A stretch of 63,729 nucleotides of DNA, counting the filler, from Choristocarpus tenellus KU-1152 (taxonomy: Eukaryota > Protista > Phaeophyceae), in NCBI GenBank assembly GCA_964200185.2. It is 7 parts of 7 records of this genome, joined end to end, with 100 filler letters (N's around TTAATTAATTAA, not from the genome) between each part and the next. Parts side by side here need not be neighbours in the genome. Positions count along the whole stretch, not along the records: positions 33,941 to 56,958 come from CAXNAD020000270.1; 6 more parts are not named here. The stretch is one strand, 5' to 3'. The notes under the pieces are model-generated. The model was not told the DNA's origin, searched no databases, and saw nothing but the letters and a program-made list of their open reading frames with translations. This document shows positions 38,079-52,700 of the stretch, one piece after another (the stretch's first letter is position 1; every line of letters begins with the position of its first letter). The position numbers and the translations under genes were made by a program.

Positions 38079-41000
38079 AGTAGGCCGTCTTTCCGCAGAG
38101 CTTGGAGCATCGTTGATGGTCCAGGAACAGGTTGCGGAAGCTCTTCGCAGACTTGGCAGGTTTGTTCCTTTGAAGGTACTAGTATACTTTTCCTTACAAT
38201 AGTATGCGTTTCCTCCCAATAATATACTTCCTTCCAATAGTATACTTTTCCTTCCAATAATATACTTTTCCTTCCAATTGTATATTTTCCCTTCCAATAG
38301 TATACTTTTCCTTCCAATAATATACTTTTCCTTCCAATTGTATATTTTTCCTTCCAATTGTATATTTTCCCTTCCAATAGTGTACTTTTCCTTCCAATAG
38401 TATACTTTTCCTTCCAATAGTATGCAACCCTCTGCGTATGGAAGCAAATATATTTTGACAAAATCTTTGAACTGTTCCTGCTCTTCATTGTCCCCCCTTC
38501 CCTCCCCCTTCCCTCCATCCTTCATCATCTGAACATATGACTCTACCGTGCATTCCCCTCATACTTGTGATGGTTGTGATGGTTGTGATGGTTGTGATGC
38601 TTGATGTGTAAGTGATAGGAGGGGATCTAGGCGGTTATCACACACTGCTTCTGTGCGTAATCGGCTGTTTCATCCATACCTGTCCACGGTGACACGACTC
38701 ATGTCTGTTGGTAGTATGGTCCACGATGACAGAGATGGTGATTCCCGCCTGCTCTCTGGTTCTGGTATGAGCACTATGTCAAACAGAGGTGTTCCTGTGC
38801 CAAATGAGGGTGGTGGTTTTCAAGGCAATGATGGCTTTGGTGCATCAGCCTATCCAGTTGGACGAGACAAGGATCAAGAAATTCCATTGGAGGAAGCATT
38901 CATTATTCAACCCACAGCGGCTGTGTTCAGCAAACTACATGCTCTCATCATCCGCTCACTCAAGCGCCTACATGTTGCACAAGACCAACACAGAACTACG
39001 CCTGGTGTTGTAGGAGGACTGTGGCCACGGGTGGAAAGTAAGGAAAGGTCAGACTCAGCTGCAAGGGCAACTTCAATGATTCTTGACCTGCTTGTGATTA
39101 TGCAGAACAACTTTTCTCGACTGGTGGAGGCTCATGTGGACCCAACAGAGGTTGGACTGATCCTGGATGTTGATAGGTTGGACAGTCCTGTTAAATTACA
39201 TAGTGTTGAGGGCACCAGTGATGAGGTATCTCCTGAGAAAGATGAGGCTGGAAGGCTATTGCCGGATATACTCAGGTGTCTGCAGGGCATCATGCTGCAG
39301 GACCAGGGCAACACTAGTCTGGTGTGCACAGCAGTAGACACGTTGTCATGTGGACTTCCTCTCCTGGTGCCACATGTGAAAGATCGCTTGCAACTTGTAC
39401 TTTCCTTGTTGAGACATTTGCAGCACAGTCAACACATGGGAAAGGACTGTCATACAGTTTTTTCAGGAGAAGGGGACCATAAGGAGGGTGGTGTGGTAAA
39501 GGAGGAAGACAAAGATAAAGACAAAGACAAAGACAAAGACAAAAGGACACCGAAAGTGTCATTTGAAAATGTGACACTCCTGCAGCATCTACTAAAACAC
39601 TTTGCACAGACAGAGTGTATACTGCAGCTTCTGACTCTGTTTCTTACTGACAATACACAACACACAGCAGTGAGTGACCTACTACAGGTATTACTACTTT
39701 CCCTTGTAGAGTCTGACAAGGCCAGGTTGGAATGTGACGTGCTGGAGGACTTGGACACCACCCAGGTCTCAAAGATACATCCATTGCACAAGTCTTTGCC
39801 CATTGGCACAGAGAGGAGGAGTGATAGATGTAAGGAGGATAGTGCTGGGGCAAACATGTGTAGGTCAAGATATGATGGAGGGGGTGAGGAGGTGATTTGG
39901 GAACCACTTGCTTGTGGGGATGTGGTCTCTGAGTTGGGGTTCACCCTCCTGGAGGAGTTTCAGCAGCACTTACTGTACCTGGTGTTGGAACGGGGGGCAG
40001 TGGAAGACAACGCTTTTGAGATTTTGGTTTGTCAGTATGGGCAGTGCCTTATGCAGGTGAGTGTACTCTTCTGACCAGAACATCATGTTTCATCATGTTT
40101 CATCATGTTTTATCATGTTTTCTGTATATTCTTGGAATGGATGAATGATTGGTGCTCCTCATGTAGACTATTACAATGGTATGACTATTGTAATGGTATG
40201 ACTATTGCAATGGTATGACTATTACAATGGTATGACTATTACAATGGTATGACTATTACAATGGTATGACTATTGCAATGGTATGACTATTGCAATGGTA
40301 TGACTATTACAATGGTATGACTATTACAATGGTATGACTATTACAATGGTATGACTATTACAATGGTATGAGAGCATCCTCACTACAGTGTTGGGTTATC
40401 ACTGTATCATTATACCTCAACACTCTTGTGCAGTGTGTAACATTACTTTATGTAGCGTTATTGTGTTGTGACTTGTGACTTGTCACTTACCATGTTTGTG
40501 GTTCATTTTTGTGGTTCATTTTTGTGGTTCATGTGGATATCTTTGCGTGGTTATATCCTCTTGGTTACATCCTCTTGGTTACATCCTCTTGGTTGGTGCA
40601 GGTCTGCTGCCGAGTCCTTAAGATGTACTCTGTTACTGCCAGTGGTGGTGGTGTGAGGGTGAATGCCAATGTGTGTCAGTCTCAGCTTGTGGGTGTGCTC
40701 TTGCCACCATTTTTACATGGGTTGTTCCTGTGCGCTAATCATTCAAGGGTAGCTGAAGGCCTTCTTCCAGCTGTGGTAAGACCATTTTTTCCAAAGTACT
40801 TGTGATTGTGGTGGTAATTATGTAGTTAATTGATGTATATATTTGTGTGTGTGTACGTGTATAAATTACAATATTATTACTTTTATTGAGAGAAATGGAG
40901 TACTTGAGAGAGTAGTATTAATGGTTTTGTCATAATTTATTTAAATAAAGAAAATGTGTTCATATTAATAGTAATTATAATAATAGACCAGGTTTACAAT

Positions 41001-44000
41001 GGTAGGTTAGTTTTTGTGTGGGTTATAATGGGACACTCCATTGCTTTTAAAGGTAGTATCTGTTTGGTATCAAATTCTGCATAAGATTTGGCCTGCCATT
41101 AAATAGTGAGGTAGTTGTTGATGTTATTGTGATATCTGTAAATGTGCTGTGTCTGTTCAATGCTGGTCTGTGCAGGTATGTTTAACAGAAGTGCTTTCTG
41201 CACACCTTGGTCATGGTCATGATCCATCAGACATTGCTGAGATGGCTGCTGCAGAGGCTAACCTTGAAAAGATGCAGCGCTTTTTCCTGTCAAGACCTGA
41301 TGAGGGGTTGGTGCTCACACCATTTGGGTGGCATCAAGTTCCAGCATCCCTTGAGGTTGATGAGGTTTGCACTCACAATACAAAGGCATGCTAATAATGA
41401 TATAATTTTCACCACACTATGTAGATGGTTGTGTAATCCAGATAAGGAGACAGAAATGATAAGATGAAGGGTGTGCTCTGATTTGTATAAAAATTAAAAG
41501 CAACACTTTTTTTATCGAATGTAATTGACACAAATATCACAAATATCACAAATGTCCCAACCATCACAAATATCACAAATATCACAAATATCCTAAATAT
41601 CACAAACATCCCAAATATCCTAAGTATCACAAATATCACAAACATCCTAAATATCCTAAATGTCCCAAATATCACAAACATCCCAAATATCCTAAGTATC
41701 ACAAATATCACAAACATCCTAAATATCCTAAATGTCCCAAATATCACAAACATGCCAAATATCCTAAATATCCCAAATATCCTAAATATCCCAAATGTCC
41801 CAAATGTCCCAAATATCACAAACATCCCAAATATCCTAAATATCCCAAATATCCTAAATATCCCAAATATCCTAAATATCCCAAATATCCTAAATATCCC
41901 AAATATCCTAAATATCCCAAATATCCTAAATATCCTAAATATCCCAAATATCCTAAATGTCCCAAATGTCCTAAATATCACAAACATCCCAAATATCACA
42001 AATATCCTAAATATCCCAAATATCCTAAATGTCCTAAATGTCCCAAATATCCCAAATGTCCCAAATATTATATTCGAAAGGAAAAAACATTTCCACCATA
42101 ACATCAGAAAATTGACTGCGATTTGTCATTTGAAAGTGGGACTAGAAGATTTTGAGCTGAAATTCACTGAAAAAGTATGAAGTGGGGGGCATTTGTATCA
42201 CCACATGAATTTGGTTGGAGAAGTATCTATGCGTGACTCAAGTGAGGAAAGTGAGGAAAGAGGTCAATTCTGTAAGAGAGAGAAATGGATGGGCAATCTC
42301 TTCCTTAACGGTTGAGAATTTGAAACAATGAAACAATGAAAGAAGAAGCTATCCTATTGGTGGACAAAGCCCAAGATTACATTTTTTTATTTTATTTACT
42401 GAAATATGTGATCATTGCCATGGATATTTTTACTATGTTACCATTCCCATGGATAAATTAAAAATATGCTGAGGGTGGATTGGGTTCACAGCTTGTGATG
42501 TTGTTTGGGGAGCAGATAATTCATTTTGTGAATCGATATAATCAGATATTTCATTATGGGAATCGATATAATCAGATAATTCATTATATGAATCGATATA
42601 ATCAGATAATTCATTATGGGAATCGATATAATCAGATAATTCACTATGTGAATCGATATCATCAGATAATTCATTATGTGAATCGATATAATCAGATAAT
42701 TCATTATGTGAATCGATATCATCAGATAATTCATTATGTGAATCGATATCATCAGATAATTCATAATGTGAATCGATATCATCAGATAATTCATAATGTG
42801 AATCGATATCATCAGATAATTCATAATGTGAATCGATATCATCAGATAATTCATAATGTGAATCGATATCATCAGATAATTCATTATGTGAATCGATATC
42901 ATCAGATAATTCATTATGTGAATCGATATCATCAGATAATTCATTATGTGAATCGATATCATCACATTTTTTTACTCGACTTGTTGCATGGCGTTGTCAA
43001 TTCTCACTGTATCACTTAGTAGTTATTAATGTATGGTATGCTGCTGCAATAAATAAAATTAACATATCCCCATAGCAATCACATTTATTGCCGCATCCAA
43101 CTTTGCAGTGGTTTTGTATACTGATTGTGTGTATTGCATGTGTGTGTTGCATGCATGTCACAGAGCACCTCAAGCTTGTTCTCAGTTACAGAGGATGGCC
43201 AGCTGTATACTTCTTTGACCTCAAGCAGCACTTGTGCGTTGGTGGATGTGGGTATTTCCCATGGGAAGGCTGCCTGGGAGTTCTCTCTGGAGTCAGATAG
43301 TCCAAGGTGTGCAATGTATAGTATTTTTAGCGCATAATGGAATAGTTCATCTTTGTTATGAACCCAAATCATTTAAGAGGGTTAGGGTTTTGCCCTTTTT
43401 GTCCGTTCAGGCTTGACTTAGGGTTAGGGATTTTTATGCCCTTTTTCGGTTTTCTGTGTGAACACTAACACTAACCCTAACCCTAAAATAAAATGTACTC
43501 ACACAGTTACCTAAAATGAACACAGTTAGTTACCTAAATTGTATGACTCTAAAAAGGTGTGTCTGGAGCAAGGATACTGACACTAGGATATTGACACTAG
43601 GATATTAACAGTAGCTAACAAACATGGTAGCCAAAATTTATCAAAATTGCAACATTGGATTTATGACCCCAAACGGATGCGGCCCTACCCTCTTAAATGC
43701 TTTGGGTCATGGTGAGTAGATTGTTGAACTAAAGGTGTTGTACTGTGTGAGGCGGTTGTTATTGTCGGACAATTACAAAGAATGCAAAGAATGCAAAGAA
43801 TGCTCCACACTGGTAGTGAACTGCTTTTGCTCATTGATGAAGAGGTGAACCTCTGAGCAGAGTTTGATCCATTTTGGACTTACTTGGCCAATCCTCTTTC
43901 CCTTCATTGCGCCACTGTTTGTTATCATTATTATTATTATCATTATTATTATTATCATTATTATTATTATTATTATTTTATTATTATCTTGTACTGATTC

Positions 44001-46705
44001 TTTTCTGTTTCTGGTTCCCACCCCCTCAATGGCAGCGATGAGTGCTCTGTGTTTGGAATTGCAACCAAGCCTACAAGCAGTCGATGCTACAATTCAAGTG
44101 TTTCTCTTTGGATGCGAAGGGCCTACAATGGTGTCTTGTACAACCGGGGAAGGCAGATGGCAGGCTCGAGGAACATGCAGAAGATTCGTCCTGGAGATGT
44201 CCTCCGCTGTGAACTGGACATGGATGAAGGCACCCTGCGGTTCAGGTACTTTAGTAGTTGTACCTTGATACTAGTAGTTGTACCTTGATACTAGTAATTG
44301 TACCTTGATACTAGTGGTTGTACCTTGATACTAGTAATTGTACCTTGATACTAGTAGTTGTACCTTGATACTAGTAGTTGTACCTTGATACTAGTAATTG
44401 TACCTTGATACTAGTGGTTGTACCTTGATACTAGTAGTTGTACCTTGATACTAGTAATTGTACCTTGATACTAGTGGTTGTACCTTGATACTAGTAATTG
44501 TACCTTAGTACTAGTACCAGTCCTTGCAATAGTAGTTCCTCAACACATGTTCTGTTCTTCCGGTCCAAAATTTGAAGAATGTACTATTAATAGTAGTTAC
44601 ATGCTTTGAGCTTCATGTATGGGTTTGTGGATTATCTAGAGGAGTGAAGTGCTCTTTTACTCTTACTACTACTACTACTACTACTACTACTATTACTATT
44701 ACTATTATTATTATTATTATTATTATGAATGTTATTATTATGCATATTATTATTGTGAATATTATTAGTATTGACTCACTGTGTGTATGATACTTATGTG
44801 AAGGTTAAATGGTGAGGAGGAGGAGGGAGGATTTGATTATCTTGAAGGAGAGATTTACCCTTGTGCAGGGAGTTATCGGTCAGGTGTGGTCATCAAGCTT
44901 CTCAAGGTCAGATGTTAGTGCTGCAGTTGTCGATTGTTTGTGAATAAATGTTAATGAATGTGAATGCTATTGACTCAACAAACACATCACCGGCACAAAG
45001 TAAATTTTCTGTCCATTGAGCTGTTGATGTGGGTTCTATTTGTGATTTATCTCTGCAATACTGTGTAGAGTAAGGAAGGTGTCATGTTGTCTTCTTTAGA
45101 CTGATTCGCTGAATATCTCCAAATCTATTGTGCTAGGCATGAGGGTTTCACTGAAAAGATCTGACTATCGTAGCTGATCCATGGTTGCCAGTCAGGGGAA
45201 GGAAGATGTTCTCTGAGATTTTTATTTATGTTTCCAGGGGTATTTGTGGTAAAACATAATTGGTTTTTGTACGTATTAATTTGTGTTATGGAGAACAGAG
45301 ATCATACCTGGAACAGTTACACTCTTGTCTGTCCTCTGCTTGTGTTGGATGGTGTTGGATGGTGTTTTTGTGTTAAATATATTTTACCATCTTTTGGGGG
45401 AAGTAGCAACTCTATTACAACTAGTTTGTCAAGTTAGTGTGTGCCTGTTGTTTGTTTTGGTTGATTGTAGTGATCATCAATTAGTGCAGACACTGGTATT
45501 TTGTTGAGTCAATTTTATGTATATGCACAGATTTTATGTGGCAAGTATTGAGATAGACACAACTGCACCAAATAGTTTACTCTTATTTCAATACTTTTCA
45601 ATATCAGAGCCTGGGTTGCTTGCTATCATACATATCCACTAGAACCCATGGCCCATCAGCCCAATAGTCACAGGCTCTCCCAGGCTCCCCCCAAGCAGTC
45701 ACCTCAATCTTTGTTCTTCCCCTTCAGTCAGTTCCTTCAGTCAGTTTGACCACCCCTCTCACTTTTCTTTCTCACAGTGTATCCCAGTGTAGTAAGTTGG
45801 GAAAGACATCCAAGCAGGATTCAAACCTAACATCAGTGGCCTCTAATATGATCTTGAAACGTGTTGGCACAATTTACTTTAGTGTTATTTTGCATAGAGT
45901 GTTTGGACTCCAATTTTTTTTCATCTCCCTGATGTGTAATGTTAATGTCTAATACAGATGGAAGTTCTGGGGGAAGCAAGTTTAGCAGGACCAGCGAGTT
46001 CACTTTGTAAGGACCAACCTGGAGTGAGTAGTGGTGACCAGCATCCCAGTGAGGTGAGGTGTCTCATGTGTTGTGTTTTGTGTTTTGTGTATTGAGTGTT
46101 TAGGGTTGTTAGATTATTTTGGTAGTGTATATAATGTTTTTATTGTTCAATACAACTACAATAACCCTCTCTGGCAACAGTTAGTCAGGCAACAGTTAGT
46201 CAGGCAACAGTTAGTCAGGCAACTCAATCTTATCATTCCTATCCATTCAAAGATCGCATGTCAAATGGGGATACCCAAGTGAAGATGTGCATTGGACTTG
46301 CTACAAGTTGTAACCATCACCAAGCACACCTTCTGCAGGTGTATCTTCCGTGTCTTGGTGCTGCAATTTTTGGTTTGAGATGTGCTGTTGATTGGCACTC
46401 AAAATTGTTATGCAAGGGAGATGTTCTTGAAAGATCTGTTTATTATTGTTAGGTGGTAATTTTCCTCAGCTCTGTGTTAGATGCCTTTCTATCTTTTTAG
46501 GTGTAAGTTTTGTTTGACTTTATTGAAAGGAGTTCGACATACAGGGCATTCATTACCTAGGACTCTGCCACGATATAAAATCTATTTTGAAGTTGTTAGT
46601 TGTTGATTATTGTTGCCATGTGGTATTATGTGGTGTTATGTGGTGTTATGTGGTGTTAAGTGGTGTTCCAGTTACGGCACAGTCAAGCATGGCTGATTGG
46701 AGAGT

Positions 46706-46736
<31 letters not shown>

Positions 46737-49700
46737 TGAATGAGAGAGAAGATATGTTAAGTAGAAAAAATATCATAACAAGATAATTGAAAACCAGAGT
46801 GGTACATTTGCCAAGTCTTAGTGCCATGCCTTAATGTCTCACTGATATGCTGCTGGTATTGGCACTACATGAGTATTATAAAGAATAATAATTGTATTAA
46901 TAATCTACAGTAGAGTATACCATTGCCGAAACACTCTTCATTCAATGGTATTCAAGTGCATGCTGTATGGTGACTGACTGACTGACTAAGCATCTCAACT
47001 AGACTAATCTCACCATGTTTCCATTCTGTTGATTTACACCTGTTGATTTACACCTGTTGATTTACACCTGTAGATGAAGTGGGCAACTACCAGTGGTGTT
47101 AACATCATATCAAGGGTTGGCTTAGGAGAGCAAGCTTCCATTGACAAGAAGGCCATGGATTTGAGAAAGATGTCCACACCATCTGCCCTGCTGAGGACTG
47201 AGAGGAGAAAATCTGTGGGTAGAGTTGTTGTTCCCCCAAACCATTTACAGGGCACCAGACCTTTGGTGTCATCTCAGGGACAACAAACAGAACCAGAGGT
47301 AGGTACAGACCAGGCACTCAACAATGGTCAAGGTGTGGCAGGTGACAGGGTCTCTGCTGAGGGAAGAGAAAATAGTAGTAGTAGAGATAGAAGAGATCTA
47401 CTGGGTAGTACTACAACACAGTTAGGGGGAGGAACAGGCACAATGACATCTGGGATGTTGGCAAGAGGTGCTGCAGATGAAGGTGAAGGGAAGACTGAGG
47501 CACAACACGTGTCTGTAGGCTATACCTCTATTAATCTTGTCACTGCAGTTGCAAGAGAAGCAATTGTCAGTGGTCATGGTCATGGTCATGGTCATGCATC
47601 GAGTATTGGCCATGGCAAAGATGTGAGAGATGATGGTGGTGGTGAGGCACAGGGCATGGGGCAGGAGTGGTACCGTGTGGCTGACTTGTACCAGTGGGAT
47701 TGGTTTACAGTGCGAGCAGCTAGGGGATTTAGGGCCATGCAGGGAATAAATGCTGTGGACATGGAGGTGACACCAGGAGGAAAGACACGGAGAGGAAACC
47801 TTGGTGATATCAATGCAAGTAGGTCAAGGTAAGCCTAAGCCGAGGAAATGTTGTGGCATTGCTGACAATTTGTTACCCTTTGTACTCAGTCAAGATGAGA
47901 TTAATGGCCAGTACTCTTGATGACACTCAACACAGGCACATGAGGGTGATGCAACATGCTGCATTTTTAGTTTGTGGTATTTTTTTTATTGTGAACACTC
48001 TTTTTTTTTGGCATGCCCCTTGGTACATCAACTGGTACATGTTTTGCAGTAGTTGTATTGTATATCTTACTTGGGATGTTGACTATTAGTAATCCAATCC
48101 AATCCCCTTATGTTATGTGTTACAATGCACGCTTTGCTGTTGGTGCTGTATGGACCAGAGCTTTAGCCTTATTTATGTGTACAGAGGACTTGGCTGGTGG
48201 GCATGACCTTGGACGCACCACAGGAAGCAACCTATTTCTATTTTTATTAGTATTATTGTTACCACCTTTTCTCACCAGTTTTTTTGTACTACTGCATACA
48301 ATTTTTCTTTTCATATTTCTTATAATATCTGGAGAACTCACTGATTAAAATATGCATTAAATAATAAGCAATAGAGATTATGCGCGCACACCTCTCTCTC
48401 CTCATTACACCAAGTACTCAGGACCCCACGGGAAGCTATATTGTTGGGGAGTATTTGTTTTGTGTTCAAATTATGATGTAGTGATACATGTGATCTGTAA
48501 GGAGGTAAAGGCTGAGAGCACTTGTGGCAGAAGGGCACCTAGCTCATATTTTTGAAGTCAAGATGTGATACTACACAATTTTTCCCAAGAACACGGCAGC
48601 AATGGACCAGACTTTAGTACTGTTCGGACAAGCTTGTCTGTACTGTGGTCTGTGTGATGCATTGAGCTTGTCCTCACTTGTTGTGTGTTGCCAATCAGGT
48701 GTCCTCTAATGGCGTTTGGATTCTGTACTGGTCCAAAGGCACTGGACTTGCCATTGCTACCTGTCGGTGGCTTCAAGGGAAGTTGGGGCTGGTGGAGTGA
48801 TGGCACACTATGGCTTAACGGACAGTGTGTATACCCAACTGTTAATGTTAATCAGGTGTGTGATGCATTTCACAGTGTGTATACCCAACTGTTAATCAGG
48901 TGTGTGATGCATTTCACAGTGTGTATACCCAACTGTTAATGAGGTGTGTGATGGATTTCACAGTGTGTATACCCAACTGTTAATGAGGTGTGTGATGGAT
49001 TTCACCTGAGGATGTTAGTCATTGGTTGTGAGATGCGCTGCACTTGAATGTGATTTCATACCGTCTCTCTTCCGAACTGATAGTAGTGAAGGAGATCTTG
49101 CTTGTTCTACATTTTAGAGGCAGTTGCTGCATCCAACCTTCCATATTTTGCTGTTGTGGATCCCTTCCCTTAGAATGTCTGTTCCTTTTCCAAGTTTATC
49201 CATTGACTCATGATGTGTGTGATATATGGTGGCGAGTCAGTCAATATGCAATGGTGACACTGATACAGATACAGTATAGTATAGTATAGTATATATTATA
49301 TGACAACTTGTTCACTTGTACTCATTCCTAGTAGTAGTTTGTTTCTAAAAGCCATCTATTGCTAATTCAGTCTCTGTTGACATGGTTGGTATGTTGTATG
49401 GGTATGTTGGAATCAGAATGAGCATGCCCATCAAGGATTGGTACAAGATGGAGTGGATTACAGGATGTCCTTTGGGGCATCTTTCCTACCACTTCAAGAT
49501 TGTGATGTGATCACCATGGTCTTAGACACTTCCCTTGGCACCCTTAAGTTTCTGGTGAATGGTGTTCATGCTGGTATTGCATTTGGTCCTTTGGGGTCAG
49601 GAGCGGTGTGTGAACTCCCAGATCACCTTTCGCTCATTCCCTGTGGGGGACCAAGAAAGGGGAGGCTGTACCCTTCATGTAGCATGACCACTGAGAAACA

Positions 49701-52700
49701 GGTGTGAAGAGCGCATTGTGGATTGTCATTGCATTGTTGTGATTGTTGGTTGCAATTGTGGTGATTACATGTACCTTTTGAATTTGTTGAAAATGGGAAA
49801 CAATCTAAACACACTAGGTACACTAGGTACACTAGGTACACTAGGTACACTTTCTCCTGTTTTCCTTGTGTCTAGGATTTTCCCTTTCAGGCATGGATAG
49901 TTTTGAGAATGAGAAAGTCCTCCTTAGCTAGAGCTGATGAGGGCACCATGATTGTCATATTGTGAACATATGTATGTTTACCATGGATTATGTTGAACAG
50001 GCTGTTATTCTACGCGCAGCTGGGACATGTGGGACACAAGTATGGCCTCTTGCCCTTGACCTTCAGAAGACAGTGGCCTCCCTCGCTGGCAGGTTGTGCG
50101 CAACTATGGTTGCAGGTGTGTTCTCTCATAGCACAAGATCAAGTGTATTGATGCTAGGGACAGCTTATTTGTTATTTTGATACACATCCAGTCTTGATTT
50201 GAGATGATGGGCCAAATATAATGTGTTGCAAGGTTATATCAATAGCCAGTTGTGGATCAATACTGTCTTTACTGCTTGTACACTATTCACTTTTTAATCT
50301 CTCTTTTTATCACTTGTGGAGAGACATCCCTCAATCATCACGTTGATACCCCAACACTGGTTGGGGTATTTTGCAATACAACAGGTAATCCTCAGAATGA
50401 GTCAGAGGTGGCACTTGAACCATGGCTAAATTCACCCCTGCTGAGCGGTGGCATTGAGGTCTCTGAGTATGTCACAACAACCACTGATGGACTCAGAGGT
50501 GGACAGCTCACATGGGAAGAGAAATTTAGGAATGAGAAGGCGTTGAGTGGACGGGTTCCAAGAAGCAGCTTCATGTCATGGCGGGTGGGTGGGGTTGCTC
50601 CCATTGGTCCTCCTATGAGTGACTGGGAAGCCCTTCCTCAAGAGGTATTCCCAGAGAATGAGGGGGGCCAGTTGTTAGTTCAAGTGTTAGAAGGAGAAGA
50701 TCTTTCACTTGGGCTAGTGCTGTGGCATGAGGAGCCAAGGATATGTCTGAGCTTAGTGGTTGGTGGCAGGGTATTGGATGTACGTGTGAGTACTCTTGAG
50801 GTGTCAAAGTGGAATGAGGAGAGTGAGTCACCCGCCCAAGAACATGCAGAGGGTGGTATGTGTATGTCATACACACATGGTGGTACTGCCAGACAGTGTA
50901 GAGAGACAGAGAGGGAGACATACTCCTTTGTTCTTCCACTTGATTGGGTAAAATCACAACCTGACAACAATTTGGTCCCTGGGTGTAGCAGACAACCTCA
51001 TCTGTTTGTCGAGGTGGAGATTGGTGGATTGATTGTGGGGCAGGGCTTTGTGACTCTGGATGACATTGATGGGAAGGGTCATAGGCCTCGCCATGCAGCA
51101 GAAGAGTCTCCAGTACAGGTGCCTTGTGTGGTGAAGCTATCTGGGGGAGGGCGTGTTCATCTTAATGTGTCAATTATCTCAGACAGTTCTGTTGTACACC
51201 CTACTACTAACAGAGAAGCAGTTTCGGGGAAGGAAGATTCAATTAATTCAAAAGATACACCTCTGATGGTCACACTTGATCAGTCAGGGGTACTTCATGA
51301 CCATAGTCGTGAGTGGGAGGACTACCACCAAGGGAAGGGTGCTGCATGTGATGTTGGTAAGGGTGTTGGTGTTTCAACCGACACACTCACTGCAAAACAC
51401 AAGAGTTTCCTCTACACCATGGCATTGTGGTACTGTGACCAAGGACATGAAGAATCATCCCGCAGGAAGGAGGAGGGTAGACTAAGCTGGTCCTTCCCTG
51501 TTGTTTTGGAATGGATGGAGCAGGTACATAAGGATCCCCCATTGCTTCGTAAAGTCCTTGAGAAGACGGGCAACTATGCATTCCCTTCTGCTGAAGCCCC
51601 ATTTATTGCAGCGCTTCTCAAGCACAGTGGGCTGGTTGGGGAAGCATGGGAAGCTGCTCAGGCCTTAGGAGGTGAGTGTAGGTGTAGAAGACTAAATGGT
51701 TTTTCTAGAGTAGATGTATTGAGATATTGATGTCGGTTGTGGTGCTCCTGCTTTTGCCAAATATAGCCTTACAATGTTCAGTACTCATACTCTCTGTGGG
51801 TGTGGGTGTGGGTGTGTGTTGAACCAACAATGCAATGCCAGGAGGTGATGGTGGTGATAGCCAGCCTGAGGTATCTAAGGTGGCCTTTCCCTCAGCTGAC
51901 ATGGCTAAGTTATGGGGGAGAGTCCGGCAGCTTCGGGCATACCTTAGGACAGAACGGCAGCAGTTCAAGGCAAGTGGGTAGGGTTAGTTGAAATAGTTAC
52001 ACACTAGGGTTAAGTAGTCCCCTTCTCATTCAAGAGTGCTTGCTATTACCAAGACTGCAGGATGTTTGGATATCTCAAGTGAGTCTCAAGATAGACCTTG
52101 GATATTGTGTGTGATTATTGTCTGTGACTATTTTCTGTGATTATTATCTGTGATTATGGTCTGTGATTAGTGAGTGGTACAAGATCGATTCAGTACTAGC
52201 CAGAACAATAACTCAATTGGACTGTCAAGGTTCACTCTTTGTAATTTTGAGGTTGTAATTTTGTGTAGATGGAGATCTTCAATAGAGGCATTTGTGATCA
52301 CCAGCGAGGCTTGTAGTGTTACATTCTAGATGCAGTGTTACATTCTAGATGTAGTTACATTCTAGATGTATTTTCAAACACAAGTTACTGGACATAGCTA
52401 TGTAAAGCCAACTATTGACCAACACAGATTTCAAAATGATGGTAGTAATACCGACATTGTTCACAGACACAGTTTCAAAAGAAAAGAAAGAAATTGCAGA
52501 GAGATACATTCTTTTGGTATGCAGCCCATAGGCTGACTATACTTTGTACTGCACTCAAGCTAGTTGTGAAAAGGTAAATATAATAAAATATATATAATGA
52601 AATAAAGTAAAATAAATCTCAAGTTTTGTGGACATCAGGCAGTCCTTGTTATGGAAGTGCTTGGCATGTTGTCCCTTTTTTAAAAAATGTGGATTTTTTT

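Noticed and set aside
37991-38528. Minus-strand ORFs with YYWKEK repeats
   Set aside because: They arise from the 20-bp minisatellite and the (CA)n tract, and are antisense to a required exon.
41409-42180. 231-aa and 142-aa repetitive ORFs (IFG/IFR, NIP/NIL)
   Set aside because: Translations of an intronic 9-bp tandem repeat.
42512-42964. 30-bp repeat array as a CRISPR array or a 179-aa repeat protein
   Set aside because: Units are head-to-tail with no unique spacers, there are no cas genes, and it lies in a spliceosomal intron. The ORFs are by-products of a unit length divisible by 3.
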